Shown piece by piece: positions 46,374 to 58,818 of a stretch of 64,000 nt of DNA. The notes under the pieces were generated by a model, which worked only from the letters and a program-made list of their open reading frames with translations, searched no databases and was not told the DNA's origin. This DNA is from Gammaproteobacteria bacterium (GTDB lineage: Bacteria > Pseudomonadota > Gammaproteobacteria > Eutrophobiales > Eutrophobiaceae): NCBI GenBank assembly GCA_965222155.1, contig CBDCTH010000012.1, forward strand, positions 672,001-736,000, in the 5' to 3' direction. The first letter of the stretch is position 1. Every line of letters begins with the position of its first letter. A program made the position numbers and the translations under genes.

Positions 46374-47408
46374 CTAACCCGCATATCTCACCCGACCGGC
46401 TTTGCCGTCATGTTCCCGGATCGTGCCGAGTCGCCACGCTGATTCGCCTGCAGCGCGTAATAATCCGAGAGTTTTTTCCGCTTCATCAGGGCCGACTACA
46501 AGCACCATTCCGATACCGCAATTAAAAATCCGGTACATTTCCGCCGAGTTGACCTTACCTGTTTCCTGCAACCAATGGAATAGTGCCGGCCAGCGCCAAC
46601 TGTCCCGATTAATTTCAGCGCACATATTTTCGGGAATGACCCGGGGAATGTTTTCCGTCAATCCTCCGCCCGTTATATGCGCAATGGCTTTCAGGTTTAT
46701 CTCCGGCAACAACGCGAATATGATTTCTTTGTAAATTCGTGTCGGTTCCAGCAATAATTCCGAAAATGGGATGCCGTCCAGCTTATCGGCTAATGCAGTC
46801 CCGGAGTCGGCCAGAATTTTACGGATCAGGGAAAAGCCGTTTGCGTGTGGTCCGCTGGAGGGGAGGGCAATCAGGATATCCTCCTGTTTAACGTGTTCCC
46901 CGGTGATTACTTCATCTTTTTCCATTACTCCCACGCAAAAACCAGCCAGATCGTATTCACCGGGCTGGTACATGCCCGGCATTTCTGCGGTTTCTCCGCC
47001 AATCAAGGCGCAACCGGAGAGTTCACAACCCCGGGCAATTCCTTTCACAACGTCCGTTGCCGTGGCAACATCCAGTTTGGAACAGGCAAAATAATCGAGA
47101 AAGAAAAGGGGCTCAGCGCCTTGCGCCAGGATGTCGTTAACACACATGGCAACCAGGTCGATACCGATGCTGTCGTGTCTGCCGAGATCGATTGCCAGCT
47201 TGATCTTTGTGCCCACGCCATCGGCGCCCGAAACCAGTACCGGGTGGCGATATTTTGTCGCGGAAAGATCAAATAATGCGCCGAAACCGCCCAGTTCGGC
47301 CAATACCTCAGGGCGATGCGTAGTTCGCACCAGGGATTTAATATTGGCTACCAGTTCGTTTCCCCGGTCGATACTGACCCCGGCGGCTTCATAGTCGGAA
47401 TGCTTCAT
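46374..47408 (-). CDS. purM: Phosphoribosylformylglycinamidine cyclo-ligase
   Basis: [26 protein letters not shown]. Confidence 0.96.
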   Translation of the reverse strand: MKHSDYEAAGVSIDRGNELVANIKSLVRTTHRPEVLAELGGFGALFDLSATKYRHPVLVSGADGVGTKIKLAIDLGRHDSIGIDLVAMCVNDILAQGAEPLFFLDYFACSKLDVATATDVVKGIARGCELSGCALIGGETAEMPGMYQPGEYDLAGFCVGVMEKDEVITGEHVKQEDILIALPSSGPHANGFSLIRKILADSGTALADKLDGIPFSELLLEPTRIYKEIIFALLPEINLKAIAHITGGGLTENIPRVIPENMCAEINRDSWRWPALFHWLQETGKVNSAEMYRIFNCGIGMVLVVGPDEAEKTLGLLRAAGESAWRLGTIREHDGKAGRVRYAG

Positions 47409-47499
47409 TGATTCGATGATATTCAGGCATAAAGTACGATACTATAATGTGATGGACTATTACTTTCCAGGGACTTGAGGTTTTATACAGCTTGAAAAT

Positions 47500-48564
47500 A
47501 TGAAAAAAGCATTACGGATTTTTTGCTGTTTATGGTGTTTGTGCCTGCCGACCGTGCATGCTATCAAGGTACCGGGACTGTACGAAGCGGAGGCCGTCGT
47601 CGCCAATCAATCGAGTGAAGGCAGAAAGACAGCTATCCGGGCATGTCTGGGTATGGTACTGGTAAAACTGACCGGTGAGCGAAACGTATCGGGTAAGACG
47701 ACGCTGCAGCCGATTCTGGACCGTGCGGACAACTTTGTTCAACAATACCGTTACCGGGAAATTCAAACGGAAACACCTGCCATACCCGCTTCACCTTCCG
47801 TGACGGCATGGCATCTTGCCGTTAAATTCGATGAAGAGAACCTGAATAAGTCTTTGCGCGCTTCGGGGATACCGGTCTGGGACAATGAGCGGCCATCCAT
47901 ACTGATCTGGCTGGCGCTGGAACAGGCGAACCGGAGATTGTTTGCCGAAGCGGAGAGCGCTCCGGAATTGTTGGCCCTGCTGCATGAGCTTGCAGAACGT
48001 CGTGGCGTTTCCATCCTGTTTCCACTGCAGGATCTTGATGATAGAACACAAATACAACCTGGTGACGTATGGCTTGGTTTCCAGGAACCCATCATAGCCG
48101 CATCGGTCAGGTATAATGCTGACATTATCCTTACCGCAAGCGTGTACTCCCCCGTTCCTGGTATATGGGAAGGCAGGTGGAGAAGCTACCGCCATGACAG
48201 GCTGAGCCATGAGTGGGAAACTGAAACCGACCTGCTGGAAACCGCCCTGGAAGAAGGGTTTGACGGATTTATTGATACCCTTGTAACCCGGTTTGCCCGT
48301 GGCGGCAGTTATACCCTGCTGGGAGATGTTGAAATAACGGTCGGTGACATTAATTCTGTCGATCAATATGCACGCCTGATAAACTACCTGGGGTCGTTAA
48401 GTTCAATCAGTCAAATCCATGTCATGGAAGTGCGGACCGGGGAAGTTAAACTGGCATTGACCGCGCATGGCGGTGAACAGGCCATAGTGCATACCATCAG
48501 TCTGGGCAGGACCCTGGAGCCGGTTGAAGGCTTCGATGGCCATTACTATCGTCTGATTCCCTAG
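47500..48564 (+). CDS. DUF2066-like exported protein
   Basis: Signal peptide, LYEAE, LVKLTG, RPSILIWL; conserved position between purM and hda. Confidence 0.8.
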   Translation: MKKALRIFCCLWCLCLPTVHAIKVPGLYEAEAVVANQSSEGRKTAIRACLGMVLVKLTGERNVSGKTTLQPILDRADNFVQQYRYREIQTETPAIPASPSVTAWHLAVKFDEENLNKSLRASGIPVWDNERPSILIWLALEQANRRLFAEAESAPELLALLHELAERRGVSILFPLQDLDDRTQIQPGDVWLGFQEPIIAASVRYNADIILTASVYSPVPGIWEGRWRSYRHDRLSHEWETETDLLETALEEGFDGFIDTLVTRFARGGSYTLLGDVEITVGDINSVDQYARLINYLGSLSSISQIHVMEVRTGEVKLALTAHGGEQAIVHTISLGRTLEPVEGFDGHYYRLIP

Positions 48565-48602
48565 GAAGAAGTACGGGTTCCGGCTTATCTTCATGAAAAC
48601 GA

Positions 48603-49316
48603 ATGTCATTAGCTGATCAGAGTCGGCAACTCCTGTTGGCGTTCGCCCGCTACGATGTCTATGCCTTTGAAACATATATTCCCGGAGATAACAAGGAAGC
48701 GATTGACTCTTTGCAGAATACCGCAAAGGGATACGGTCACAGTAACATCTATATATGGGGAGGGTGGGGCGTTGGAAAGAGCCATTTGCTCCAGGCGCTT
48801 TGTAGCGCGGCCGCCCAGTCGCAACGGCAATGTGCATACATTCCATTGAGCCAACACGATGAGTTTACGCCGGAGCTGCTTTCATCCCTTGAGGAACTCA
48901 GCCTTGTCTGCCTGGACGATATGGATGAGGTGGCAGGCAAGACCCGGTGGGAAATGGCGTTATTTGACTTGTTCAATCGCTTAACGGATGCAAACATCCC
49001 CCTGGTGATGAGTTCCTGTCGCAGCCCCAAAGGCAGTCTGATCGAGCTGCCTGATCTGAAATCAAGACTGTCCTGGGGCCTGTGCTACCACCTGCAGCCG
49101 CTTGATGACGCCATGAAGATCGTCGCATTAAAATATCGCGCCCATGAGCGCGGATTTGAACTGACTGACCAGGTGGTGGAGTTTCTGATCAAACGTGTCG
49201 AACGAGATACCCATAATTTATTCCGTTGGCTTGACCGCCTGGACAGGCACAGCCTGATAGCGCAAAGAAGACTGACGGTAGATTTTGTCAAGGAAATACT
49301 CAAGGAAAGTCAGTAA
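48603..49316 (+). CDS. hda: DnaA regulatory inactivator Hda
   Basis: N-terminal QLLL clamp motif, GVGKSHLL, DLKSRL. Confidence 0.92.
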   Translation: MSLADQSRQLLLAFARYDVYAFETYIPGDNKEAIDSLQNTAKGYGHSNIYIWGGWGVGKSHLLQALCSAAAQSQRQCAYIPLSQHDEFTPELLSSLEELSLVCLDDMDEVAGKTRWEMALFDLFNRLTDANIPLVMSSCRSPKGSLIELPDLKSRLSWGLCYHLQPLDDAMKIVALKYRAHERGFELTDQVVEFLIKRVERDTHNLFRWLDRLDRHSLIAQRRLTVDFVKEILKESQ

Positions 49317-49330
49317 TATTTGGGGTCAGG

Positions 49331-49415
49331 AACATTTGGGGTCAGAGTAAAAATACAGGCACAGGCGGGTGTTTCTAATCCATTGCTTGATATTTTTACT
49401 CTGACCCCAAATGTT
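49331..49415. repeat. Family A doublet, copy 4
   Basis: Arms with matched variant AACATTT/AAATGTT, 33-bp spacer; partial arm duplications on both sides. Confidence 0.9.
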
Positions 49416-49430
49416 CCCCCAAATGTTCGT

Positions 49431-50027
<597 letters not shown>

Positions 50028-50375
50028 TCAGAGTATCTCAAGCACATTTTCCGGCGGGCGTCCTATGGCGGCTTTCCCGTTAGCCAGGACTATGGGCCGT
50101 TCGATAAGGACCGGGTGCTCAATCATGGCGTCAACCAACTGGTCGTCGGACAGATCCCCGGCATCCAGGCCATTGGCTTTATATGCGTCTTCTTTTCTAC
50201 GCATCAATTCCCGGGGCGCCAGCCCAAGCAAGTTCAATAGCCGCTTCAATTCGCTCTTGTCGGGTGGATTTTTCAGGTATTCGATGATCCTTGGCTCCAT
50301 TCCCTGCCGGCGCAGTAATTCCAGGGTTTGTCTCGATTTGGAACAACGGGGGTTATGATAAATTGTTACGGTCAT
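50028..50375 (-). CDS. arsC: Arsenate reductase (glutaredoxin-type) ArsC family
   Basis: [23 protein letters not shown]. Confidence 0.9.
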   Translation of the reverse strand: MTVTIYHNPRCSKSRQTLELLRRQGMEPRIIEYLKNPPDKSELKRLLNLLGLAPRELMRRKEDAYKANGLDAGDLSDDQLVDAMIEHPVLIERPIVLANGKAAIGRPPENVLEIL

Positions 50376-52087
50376 TTTTCTGTCCGCTTCTTTCCTTTGA
50401 TGAATTCAATGACGTTATCCAGCGGGATGTCAATACTTTGCGCGTCACGTCTGCCTTTGTATTCAAGAGTATGGTTATCCAGCCCGCGCTCGCTGAATAC
50501 GTAGCGGTGGGGTATGCCGATCAATTCCATGTCGGCAAACATGACCCCCGGCCGTTCCTTTCTGTCGTCCAGTAACACATCTATGCCGCTGTCGACAAGC
50601 CGTTGATATAAATCATCAACGGCCGCGCGCAGGCGTTGTGATTTGTGTGCATTGATGGGTACCAAGGCAATCTGGTACGGGGCCAGGGCATCCGGCCAGA
50701 TAATACCGCGGTCATCGTGATTTTGTTCAATGGCGGCGGCAACGATGCGAGAGACGCCGATACCGTAGCAACCCATGTACAAGGTCACGGCCTCGCCGGT
50801 TTCATCCAGACACAGGGCTTTCATTGCCGCACTGTACTTTGTGCCCAGTTGAAAGATATGTCCCACTTCGATGCCCCGGGCGATTTTAAGCGGCCCGGAA
50901 GTGTCGGGAGCCGGGTCGCCTTCCACCACGTTACGCAGGTCGGCGTGTGCGGGCTCCGCAAGGTCCCGTTGCCAGTTAACACCCGTGAGGTGATAACCGT
51001 TTTCGTTGGCGCCACAGATGAAATCCGCCAGGATCAGGGCGGCACTGTCGGCGATAACCGGCATGTTTAATCCGACCGGGCCCAGTGAACCGGTATCACA
51101 GTCCAGTTGTTTGCTGATCTCCTCAGGGGATGCAAAGGTCAGAGGTTTTGCCAGTTCCGGAAGTTTTTCCGCTTTCAGGCGGTTCAGGTCGTGGTCACCC
51201 CGCAATACCAGGGCGACAAGGGCGGTGTTGCTGCCCCTTACGATCAGGGTTTTCAGGCAGCGCGCCGGACTGACGTCAAAGAAACGGCTGATATCGTCAA
51301 TAGTATGTTGATCCGGAGTCGCTGTTTTCTGCAGGGACTCGCCCGGCGCCGGTCTTTTTTCCGCAGGTGGGGGTGCCGCAATGAGTTCCACATTGGTTGC
51401 GAATTCGGAGCCTTGCGAAAACGCGATACTGTCCTCACCGGAGTCAGCCAGTACGTGAAATTCATGGGATACCTTGCCGCCGATATTACCGCTGTCGGCA
51501 ACAACGGGGCGGAACTCCAGCTCCAGGCGATTGAAAATGCGTGTATAGGTCCGGTACATCACTTGATACGTCTGTTCCAGGGAATCCTGGCTGAGATGAA
51601 AGGAATAAGCGTCTTTCATAATAAATTCCCGGGCCCGCATGATTCCGAAGCGAGGGCGAATCTCATCGCGGAACTTGGTCTGGATCTGGTAGAAATTGGC
51701 CGGCAGTTGTTTATAACTGCGGATTTCGTGCCGGATCAGGTCCGTTATGACTTCCTCGTGGGTGGGTCCCAGACAGAAATCCCGTTTATGCCGATCCTTG
51801 AAACGCAATAATTCCGGGCCGTATTCCTCCCAGCGTCCGGATTCCTGCCACAGCTCGACTGGCTGCACTCCGGATAACAGGACTTCCCGGGCGCCCGAGG
51901 CATCCATTTCTTCACGCACAACGGCCTCTACCTTGCGCAGCACTCTCAGACCGAGCGGGAGCCAGTTATAGATCCCGGCGGCTACTTTCCGGATCATACC
52001 GGCCCGCAACATCAATTGGTGACTGATAACCTCGGCATCCGCCGGGGCCTCACGCAGGGTGGCCAACAGTGTTTCTGTAGTTCGCAT
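50372..52087 (-). CDS. proS: Proline--tRNA ligase
   Basis: [33 protein letters not shown]. Confidence 0.97.
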   Translation of the reverse strand: MRTTETLLATLREAPADAEVISHQLMLRAGMIRKVAAGIYNWLPLGLRVLRKVEAVVREEMDASGAREVLLSGVQPVELWQESGRWEEYGPELLRFKDRHKRDFCLGPTHEEVITDLIRHEIRSYKQLPANFYQIQTKFRDEIRPRFGIMRAREFIMKDAYSFHLSQDSLEQTYQVMYRTYTRIFNRLELEFRPVVADSGNIGGKVSHEFHVLADSGEDSIAFSQGSEFATNVELIAAPPPAEKRPAPGESLQKTATPDQHTIDDISRFFDVSPARCLKTLIVRGSNTALVALVLRGDHDLNRLKAEKLPELAKPLTFASPEEISKQLDCDTGSLGPVGLNMPVIADSAALILADFICGANENGYHLTGVNWQRDLAEPAHADLRNVVEGDPAPDTSGPLKIARGIEVGHIFQLGTKYSAAMKALCLDETGEAVTLYMGCYGIGVSRIVAAAIEQNHDDRGIIWPDALAPYQIALVPINAHKSQRLRAAVDDLYQRLVDSGIDVLLDDRKERPGVMFADMELIGIPHRYVFSERGLDNHTLEYKGRRDAQSIDIPLDNVIEFIKGKKRTEK

Positions 52088-52194
52088 AGATGGATTTTTC
52101 CAGGGCAGACGTCAATCCCGATAATAAAGGATAGAACTGTAACTATACTAGGGGCAGGCCGTCAAGAATAGAAAACCAGCTGTATAACTCAGTT

Positions 52195-52362
52195 CGTCAT
52201 TCCGGCGCAGGCCGGAATCCAGTTAACAAACCAACCTTTTACCATAAGGAACCGTCTTTTTCGACTGGATTTGCATCCTACGCTCCGTTGACGGCACATC
52301 CCCCTGCTTACAGCCTGCAGGGGCAGGCTATGTACCACTACTCGGCCTGCGCCGGAATGACG
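52195..52362. repeat. Family B doublet, copy 3, right arm interrupted by an insert module
   Basis: Left arm intact; right arm split by ~70 bp matching 14494-14569 in reverse. Confidence 0.8.
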
Positions 52363-52725
52363 ATAACCCGGATTCTAAAGTATGCGTTCGCCCTGACGGG
52401 TTACCCTGAACCCCTTGTCAGGGGGGCGTCGTTCTGTTATACGCCCCCCTGCCGGCGCCTTCAGGCTGTCCCTGATCCCTGGCCCGTCGCAGTCAAACCG
52501 GGCCGCCTTCAGGCATAGAGGAAGTCATTACATCAGTAAATAGTAACTCACGAGTTCCTTTCTGGCGGTTAGCCCGACTTCCGGCTTACCGTTGCCTCAT
52601 TTCCTTAAGGCTGTACTGATTTTAGCCGGTTAAAATGAAAGGAAAAGCAGAGAATCGGCGTAAAAGTGATAAAAGTCACAAATATATATAAAAATATAAT
52701 GATAAGTGCGGGTCCACGACCTTGA

Positions 52726-52812
52726 GATATTTGGGGTCAGAGTAAAAATACTCGACGATAAATCAGCGCCGGCTGCCAACCTGACAGTATTTTTACTCTG
52801 ACCCCAAATATC
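52726..52812. repeat. Family A doublet, copy 5
   Basis: Perfect 26-bp arms, 35-bp spacer. Confidence 0.9.
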
Positions 52813-52892
52813 TGCAAAGCACAACTTGACGCTTGTGAAGAATATCAGTAAGTTACCATTTCTTCTTATTGATTAATCTGTGGAATTATCTG

Positions 52893-54620
52893 GTGGGTAA
52901 GTCAAAGCCAATACTACGCGGCGCGGAAATCTTCGTGCAGGCATTGAAAGATGAAGGGGTAAAGCATGTTTTCGGTTACCCCGGTGGCGCCGTATTGCAT
53001 ATTTACGATGAACTTTACAAGCAAACAGAGGTTGAGCATATCCTGGTACGCCACGAGCAGGGCGCCACTCACGCAGCCGATGGTTACGCCAGGGCAACGG
53101 GTCGCCCCGGCGTAGTACTGGTCACATCCGGCCCGGGAATTACCAATGCCATCACGGGTATTGCAACGGCTTATATGGATTCCATTCCCCTGGTTGTTTT
53201 CAGCGGCCAGGTTCCCACGTCCGTTATCGGTAATGATGCGTTCCAGGAAGTCGATGCCATCGGCATCTCCAGGCCCTGTGTAAAACACAATTTTCTCGTT
53301 TACGATGTGAAAGACCTGGCGGGCATCATCAAGAAGGCATTTTACGTGGCTTGCAGCGGTCGTCCCGGCCCCGTACTGGTGGATATCCCAAAGGACGTTA
53401 CGGCAAACTCCTGTGCCTACGAGTACCCGGATACAGTCGATATGCGTTCCTACCGGCCCACAGTCAAAGGCCACCCGGGCCAGATCAAGCGGGCAATCAA
53501 GCTCATGCTGAAAGCGCGCAAACCCATGATCTATACGGGCGGCGGCGTTGTCCTCTCAGACGCCGACGCCGAGTTAATCGAATTTACCCGGTTGCTGGGT
53601 TTCCCGATCACCAATACGCTGATGGGCCTGGGCGCGTATCCGGCGACGGACCGGCAGTTTATCGGCATGTTGGGAATGCACGGCACCTACGAAGCCAATA
53701 TGGCCATGCACCAGTGCGACGTATTGATTGCCATCGGTGCGCGTTTCGATGATCGGGTCACGGGCGACCTGGAGAAATTCTGCCCCCACGCGAGGATCAT
53801 CCAAATCGACGTCGATCCGTCCTCCATTGCCAAGAACGTGCCCGTGGATGTCCCCATCGTCGGTGATGTCAAGCACGTATTGCAGGAGGTCAATGCCGGT
53901 TTGAAGAGTATCAGTGACCGGCCTGACGTGGACGAATGGTGGCGCCAGATCAAAGCCTGGCAGGCTATGGATTGTCTGCGCTTTGACAGAAACTCCAGTC
54001 TGATTAAACCGCAACTGGTTATTGAACGATTGTATGAACTGACCGAAGGTAATGCTTATGTGTCTTCGGACGTCGGCCAGCACCAGATGTGGGCCGCCCA
54101 GTTCTATAAATTCGACAAGCCGCGCCGCTGGCTCAATTCAGGCGGTCTCGGCACTATGGGGTTCGGCTTGCCGGCGGCGATGGGGGCCAAGATAGCCTAC
54201 CCGGATGAAACGGTCGTGTGCATCACGGGCGAGGCCAGCCTGGTGATGTGTATCCAGGAGCTTTCAACCTGCCTGCAATACCGGACACCGATCAAGATTA
54301 TTAATTTGAACAACCGTTATATGGGCATGGTCAGGCAGTGGCAGGAGTTCTTTTACGAAAAGCGCTATTCACATTCTTATATGGAGGCCTTGCCTGATTT
54401 TGTCAAACTGGCTGAAAGCTTTGGCCACGTTGGGATGCGTATCGAAAAGGCCGCTGACGTGGACGCGGCGCTTAAAGAGGCGCTGGCAATGGAGGATAAG
54501 CTAGTTTTGATGGACTTTATTACCGACCAGACCGAGAACGTATATCCGATGATAGCTGCGGGCAAGGGACAGCACGAAATGCACCTGGCGCCCGGTTCAG
54601 AAGAGCGGGAACTGGCCTGA
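52893..54620 (+). CDS. ilvI: Acetolactate synthase large subunit
   Basis: FGYPGGA, RHEQGA, TSGPG, DVGQHQM, GLGTMG; probable GTG start. Confidence 0.95.
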   Translation: MGKSKPILRGAEIFVQALKDEGVKHVFGYPGGAVLHIYDELYKQTEVEHILVRHEQGATHAADGYARATGRPGVVLVTSGPGITNAITGIATAYMDSIPLVVFSGQVPTSVIGNDAFQEVDAIGISRPCVKHNFLVYDVKDLAGIIKKAFYVACSGRPGPVLVDIPKDVTANSCAYEYPDTVDMRSYRPTVKGHPGQIKRAIKLMLKARKPMIYTGGGVVLSDADAELIEFTRLLGFPITNTLMGLGAYPATDRQFIGMLGMHGTYEANMAMHQCDVLIAIGARFDDRVTGDLEKFCPHARIIQIDVDPSSIAKNVPVDVPIVGDVKHVLQEVNAGLKSISDRPDVDEWWRQIKAWQAMDCLRFDRNSSLIKPQLVIERLYELTEGNAYVSSDVGQHQMWAAQFYKFDKPRRWLNSGGLGTMGFGLPAAMGAKIAYPDETVVCITGEASLVMCIQELSTCLQYRTPIKIINLNNRYMGMVRQWQEFFYEKRYSHSYMEALPDFVKLAESFGHVGMRIEKAADVDAALKEALAMEDKLVLMDFITDQTENVYPMIAAGKGQHEMHLAPGSEERELA

Positions 54621-55111
54621 TGCGCCATATTCTGTCCCTCCTGGTCGAGAATGAGGCCGGGGCGTTATCCAGGATTTCCGGACTGTTCTCTGCCCGTGGC
54701 TTCAATATTGAATCCCTGACCGTTGCGCCGACGGAAGATTCCACTGTTTCCCGAATGACCATAGTCACCTCCGGTTCCGATGCGATTATCGAGCAGATAA
54801 CCAAGCACCTGAACAAACTGGTGGATGTGATAAAAGTCGTGGATTTAAATGAAAGTGATCATATCGAAAGGGAATTGATGCTGGTGAAAGTCAATGCGCT
54901 TGATTCTTCCCGGGAAGAACTGATGCGTTTGAGTGATATTTTCAGGGGGCGTATCATCGACGTGAATGAAAATTCTTATACAATAGAAATAACCGGCAAC
55001 GGCGATAAGCTGGATGCCTTCCTGAAAGCTGTTAAACCTGAATTGATCCTGGAAACCGTCAGGACCGGCGTTTCCGGTATTGCCCGCGGGGAAAGGGCAA
55101 TCAAGGTTTAA
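54620..55111 (+). CDS. ilvH: Acetolactate synthase small subunit
   Basis: ENEAGALSRISGLFSARGFNIESL. Confidence 0.95.
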   Translation: MRHILSLLVENEAGALSRISGLFSARGFNIESLTVAPTEDSTVSRMTIVTSGSDAIIEQITKHLNKLVDVIKVVDLNESDHIERELMLVKVNALDSSREELMRLSDIFRGRIIDVNENSYTIEITGNGDKLDAFLKAVKPELILETVRTGVSGIARGERAIKV

Positions 55112-55176
55112 TCAGGAGACAGGTGCTCCCGCTAACTCGAGGTCAATACAGTGATGTTTGCCGGATTCGAAAACAG

Positions 55177-55278
55177 GGGGGACAGATTTAAATCTGTCCC
55201 CCAGGAAATAAGCGGGCATGTTTCTCTGGGGGAGGGAGGGCGTCTCGCCCTCCACGAGGGCAGGTTGCCCTCGGTCCC
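55177..55278. repeat. Family C palindrome plus REP-like doublet GAGGGCGTCTCGCCCTC / GAGGGCAGGTTGCCCTC
   Basis: Short GC-rich hairpins between ilvH and ilvC. Confidence 0.7.
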
Positions 55279-55320
55279 GGGAATTAGCGGGAACTGCTGA
55301 ATCAGGAGAATGAGAGATAA

Positions 55321-56340
<1,020 letters not shown>

Positions 56341-56352
56341 TCTTTAAGCAGT

Positions 56353-56439
56353 GATATTTGGGGTCAGAGTAAAAATACGGGCAATCCGGTAGATTATGTT
56401 GCTGTGCTATTAAGTATTTTTACTCTGACCCCAAATATC
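56353..56439. repeat. Family A doublet, copy 6
   Basis: Perfect 26-bp arms, 35-bp spacer. Confidence 0.9.
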
Positions 56440-56465
56440 TCAACCTTTCACACAGGACATAAAGT

Positions 56466-57221
56466 ATGATTAAGCGTCGCAGGGGAATTTACCTGCTGCC
56501 CAACCTGTTCACCACGTCAGCGCTGTTTGCCGGGTTTTATGCGATCGTTGCCGCGATGAACGGACGCTTCGAATCTGCCGCCATCGCCATCTTTATTGCG
56601 ATGATCCTTGATGGCATGGATGGCCGTATTGCCAGGTTGACCAAGACGGAAACCGATTTTGGCGTTCAATACGATAGCTTGTCCGACATGGTTTCATTCG
56701 GGCTGGCGCCGGCCCTGGTGGTCTACCAGTGGTCTTTGCACGGCCTGGGCAAGTTGGGCTGGTTGGCCGCTTTCATTTACGCGGCAGCGGCGGCGTTGCG
56801 ACTGGCCAGGTTCAATACCCAGGCCGGCAGCGCCGACAAACGCTATTTCCAGGGATTACCCTGTCCGGCAGCGGCTGCAGTCATCGCCGGCCTGGTCTGG
56901 TTCGATAGCGTCGGCCAGCCTGTTGACGGTAATACCCTGGTTGTGTTTGCTTTTTCGCTGACTATTTGCGTCGGCCTGCTGATGGTCAGCAACATCCGCT
57001 ATCACAGTTTCAAACAATTCGATTTGCACGGCAAGGTGCCTTTTTTCAACATATTGTTCATCGTCCTGATCATTGCTCTGGTTGCCGTCAGACCCTCGCT
57101 GGTACTATTTTTGCTGTCCTTGATCTATGCCGTATCCGGTCCCCTGATGACACTGGTACTGATTCGGCGCCATAGAAACAAGCGAATCAACGTCGATGAC
57201 AGGGAGCAGGCAACGGATTGA
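56466..57221 (+). CDS. pssA: CDP-diacylglycerol--serine O-phosphatidyltransferase
   Basis: LPNLFT, DGMDGRIAR, DSLSDMVSFG, RLARFN. Confidence 0.94.
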   Translation: MIKRRRGIYLLPNLFTTSALFAGFYAIVAAMNGRFESAAIAIFIAMILDGMDGRIARLTKTETDFGVQYDSLSDMVSFGLAPALVVYQWSLHGLGKLGWLAAFIYAAAAALRLARFNTQAGSADKRYFQGLPCPAAAAVIAGLVWFDSVGQPVDGNTLVVFAFSLTICVGLLMVSNIRYHSFKQFDLHGKVPFFNILFIVLIIALVAVRPSLVLFLLSLIYAVSGPLMTLVLIRRHRNKRINVDDREQATD

Positions 57222-57377
57222 TACAGATTGATACAAATTAGTTGGCAATAGGTCAAAAATTGACTATGCTAACCTGTGTGCTGTCGTAAATGCGGGTAGT
57301 ACCAGAAGTTTGTTTCTGCCGTACATTGGATAGCTGAATACCAGTAATACATATCATAAAGTAAGGGGGAGAGCAGT

Positions 57378-57587
57378 ATGAGTACGAGGGGAACCGTCAA
57401 ATGGTTCAACAATGCTAAAGGATTTGGTTTTATTGAGCCGTCTGAAGGCGGAGATGATATTTTTGTACATTATTCGTCCATAAAATCTGAAGGCTATAAG
57501 AGTTTAAATGAGGGGCAGAGCGTAACCTATACCGCTGAGCAGGGTCCAAAAGGATTCCATGCTATTGAGGTGGTCGTTATCAACTGA
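57378..57587 (+). CDS. Cold-shock domain protein (CspD-like)
   Basis: [20 protein letters not shown]. Confidence 0.93.
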   Translation: MSTRGTVKWFNNAKGFGFIEPSEGGDDIFVHYSSIKSEGYKSLNEGQSVTYTAEQGPKGFHAIEVVVIN

Positions 57588-57609
57588 ACAGGTTGTTATC
57601 GTCTGATAG

Positions 57610-57636
57610 AACCCCGCGCTTGCGGGGTTTTGTTTT
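57610..57636 (+). terminator. Intrinsic terminator
   Basis: AACCCCGC-GCTT-GCGGGGTT followed by T-rich tract. Confidence 0.8.
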
Positions 57637-57768
57637 AACTGTTTATCCCCAGAGAGCGGAACAACATCTTTCGGGCATTACGGTGCCTTCGAACCTGTGG
57701 ACAATGATGTGTGGATCAGTTAATCATTCCAGGAATCAAATAGTGGTACTGACAGTCATATCAACATC

Positions 57769-57957
57769 ATGGGATTATTTGAACAGGTTTTAGTCGGTAT
57801 ATTAGCCGCCGGCGTCCTTTTCTTTTTCTGGCCCGGGGCGAAGGCCGCGATGAAGAAAAGCAGGGAAGCGGAGAACCCGGATTGGTCAAGTGCGCTTATA
57901 CCTATCGGCATAGTGGTCCTGTTCATCATATTCTTGATCATCCTTGCCCGGAATTGA
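57769..57957 (+). CDS. Small membrane protein
   Basis: 62 aa, two hydrophobic segments. Confidence 0.7.
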   Translation: MGLFEQVLVGILAAGVLFFFWPGAKAAMKKSREAENPDWSSALIPIGIVVLFIIFLIILARN

Positions 57958-57985
57958 TCGTTAGCCTGTTTCAAGTCGATTTTCC

Positions 57986-58639
57986 ATGTACGAGCTCTAT
58001 CTGGTAGAAAAAATAGCCGTCGCCGCCGTTCCCATTATCTTTGCCATTACCGTGCATGAAGTCGCCCACGGCTGGGTGGCGAGTAAACTGGGTGATCACA
58101 CGGCAAAGCTGGCTGGTCGGTTGACGCTGAACCCGGTAAGACACATCGACCCGGTAGGTACTATTGCCGTCCCTCTCATCATGATTGCCTTAACGCCTTT
58201 TGCCTTCGGTTGGGCAAAACCGGTACCTGTGGACTGGCGCAACCTGAAGCAGCCGAGGCGTGACATGGCGCTGGTGGCGGCGGCAGGACCGGGAGCTAAT
58301 CTCATTATGCTGGCGCTATGGACGCTGCTGCTGTCGGCTTTGTTTGCAACAGGCAACTCCGTTTCTTATGTGTCAACCTTATTGATTGAAATGGCGAAGG
58401 TCGGGATCATCATCAATATCGTATTGATTGCCCTGAACCTGTTGCCCCTGCCTCCCCTGGATGGTAGCCGGATTGTAACGGCTTTCCTTTCACCCGCAGC
58501 AGCGCACAAGTATAACGCCCTGGAACGCTGGGGCCTGCCGATCCTGGTTGTCCTGATCTTCACCGGAGTCCTGGGAAAGATCCTGCATCCGCTGATTGGT
58601 TTCATGCTCTCCATTGTGAATACGTTATTAAGTGGCTAA
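57986..58639 (+). CDS. Site-2 protease (M50) family
   Basis: HEVAH, GWAKPVPV, NLLPLPPLDG. Confidence 0.92.
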   Translation: MYELYLVEKIAVAAVPIIFAITVHEVAHGWVASKLGDHTAKLAGRLTLNPVRHIDPVGTIAVPLIMIALTPFAFGWAKPVPVDWRNLKQPRRDMALVAAAGPGANLIMLALWTLLLSALFATGNSVSYVSTLLIEMAKVGIIINIVLIALNLLPLPPLDGSRIVTAFLSPAAAHKYNALERWGLPILVVLIFTGVLGKILHPLIGFMLSIVNTLLSG

Positions 58640-58818
58640 ACGGTGATGGCAACTGGGTTCATCACTAAAACGACAAAAGAAAATACCGGCGGGTTCAGCC
58701 TGACAACAGGGGTAATACTACCATCTGACAGTCCGTAACCTTGCGAATTCCATTGCTCCAGACGGCGTTTTGTGATAAAGTCCGCTACCGGTCGAAGAAT
58801 AAGAACAGGGGGAGGGCA

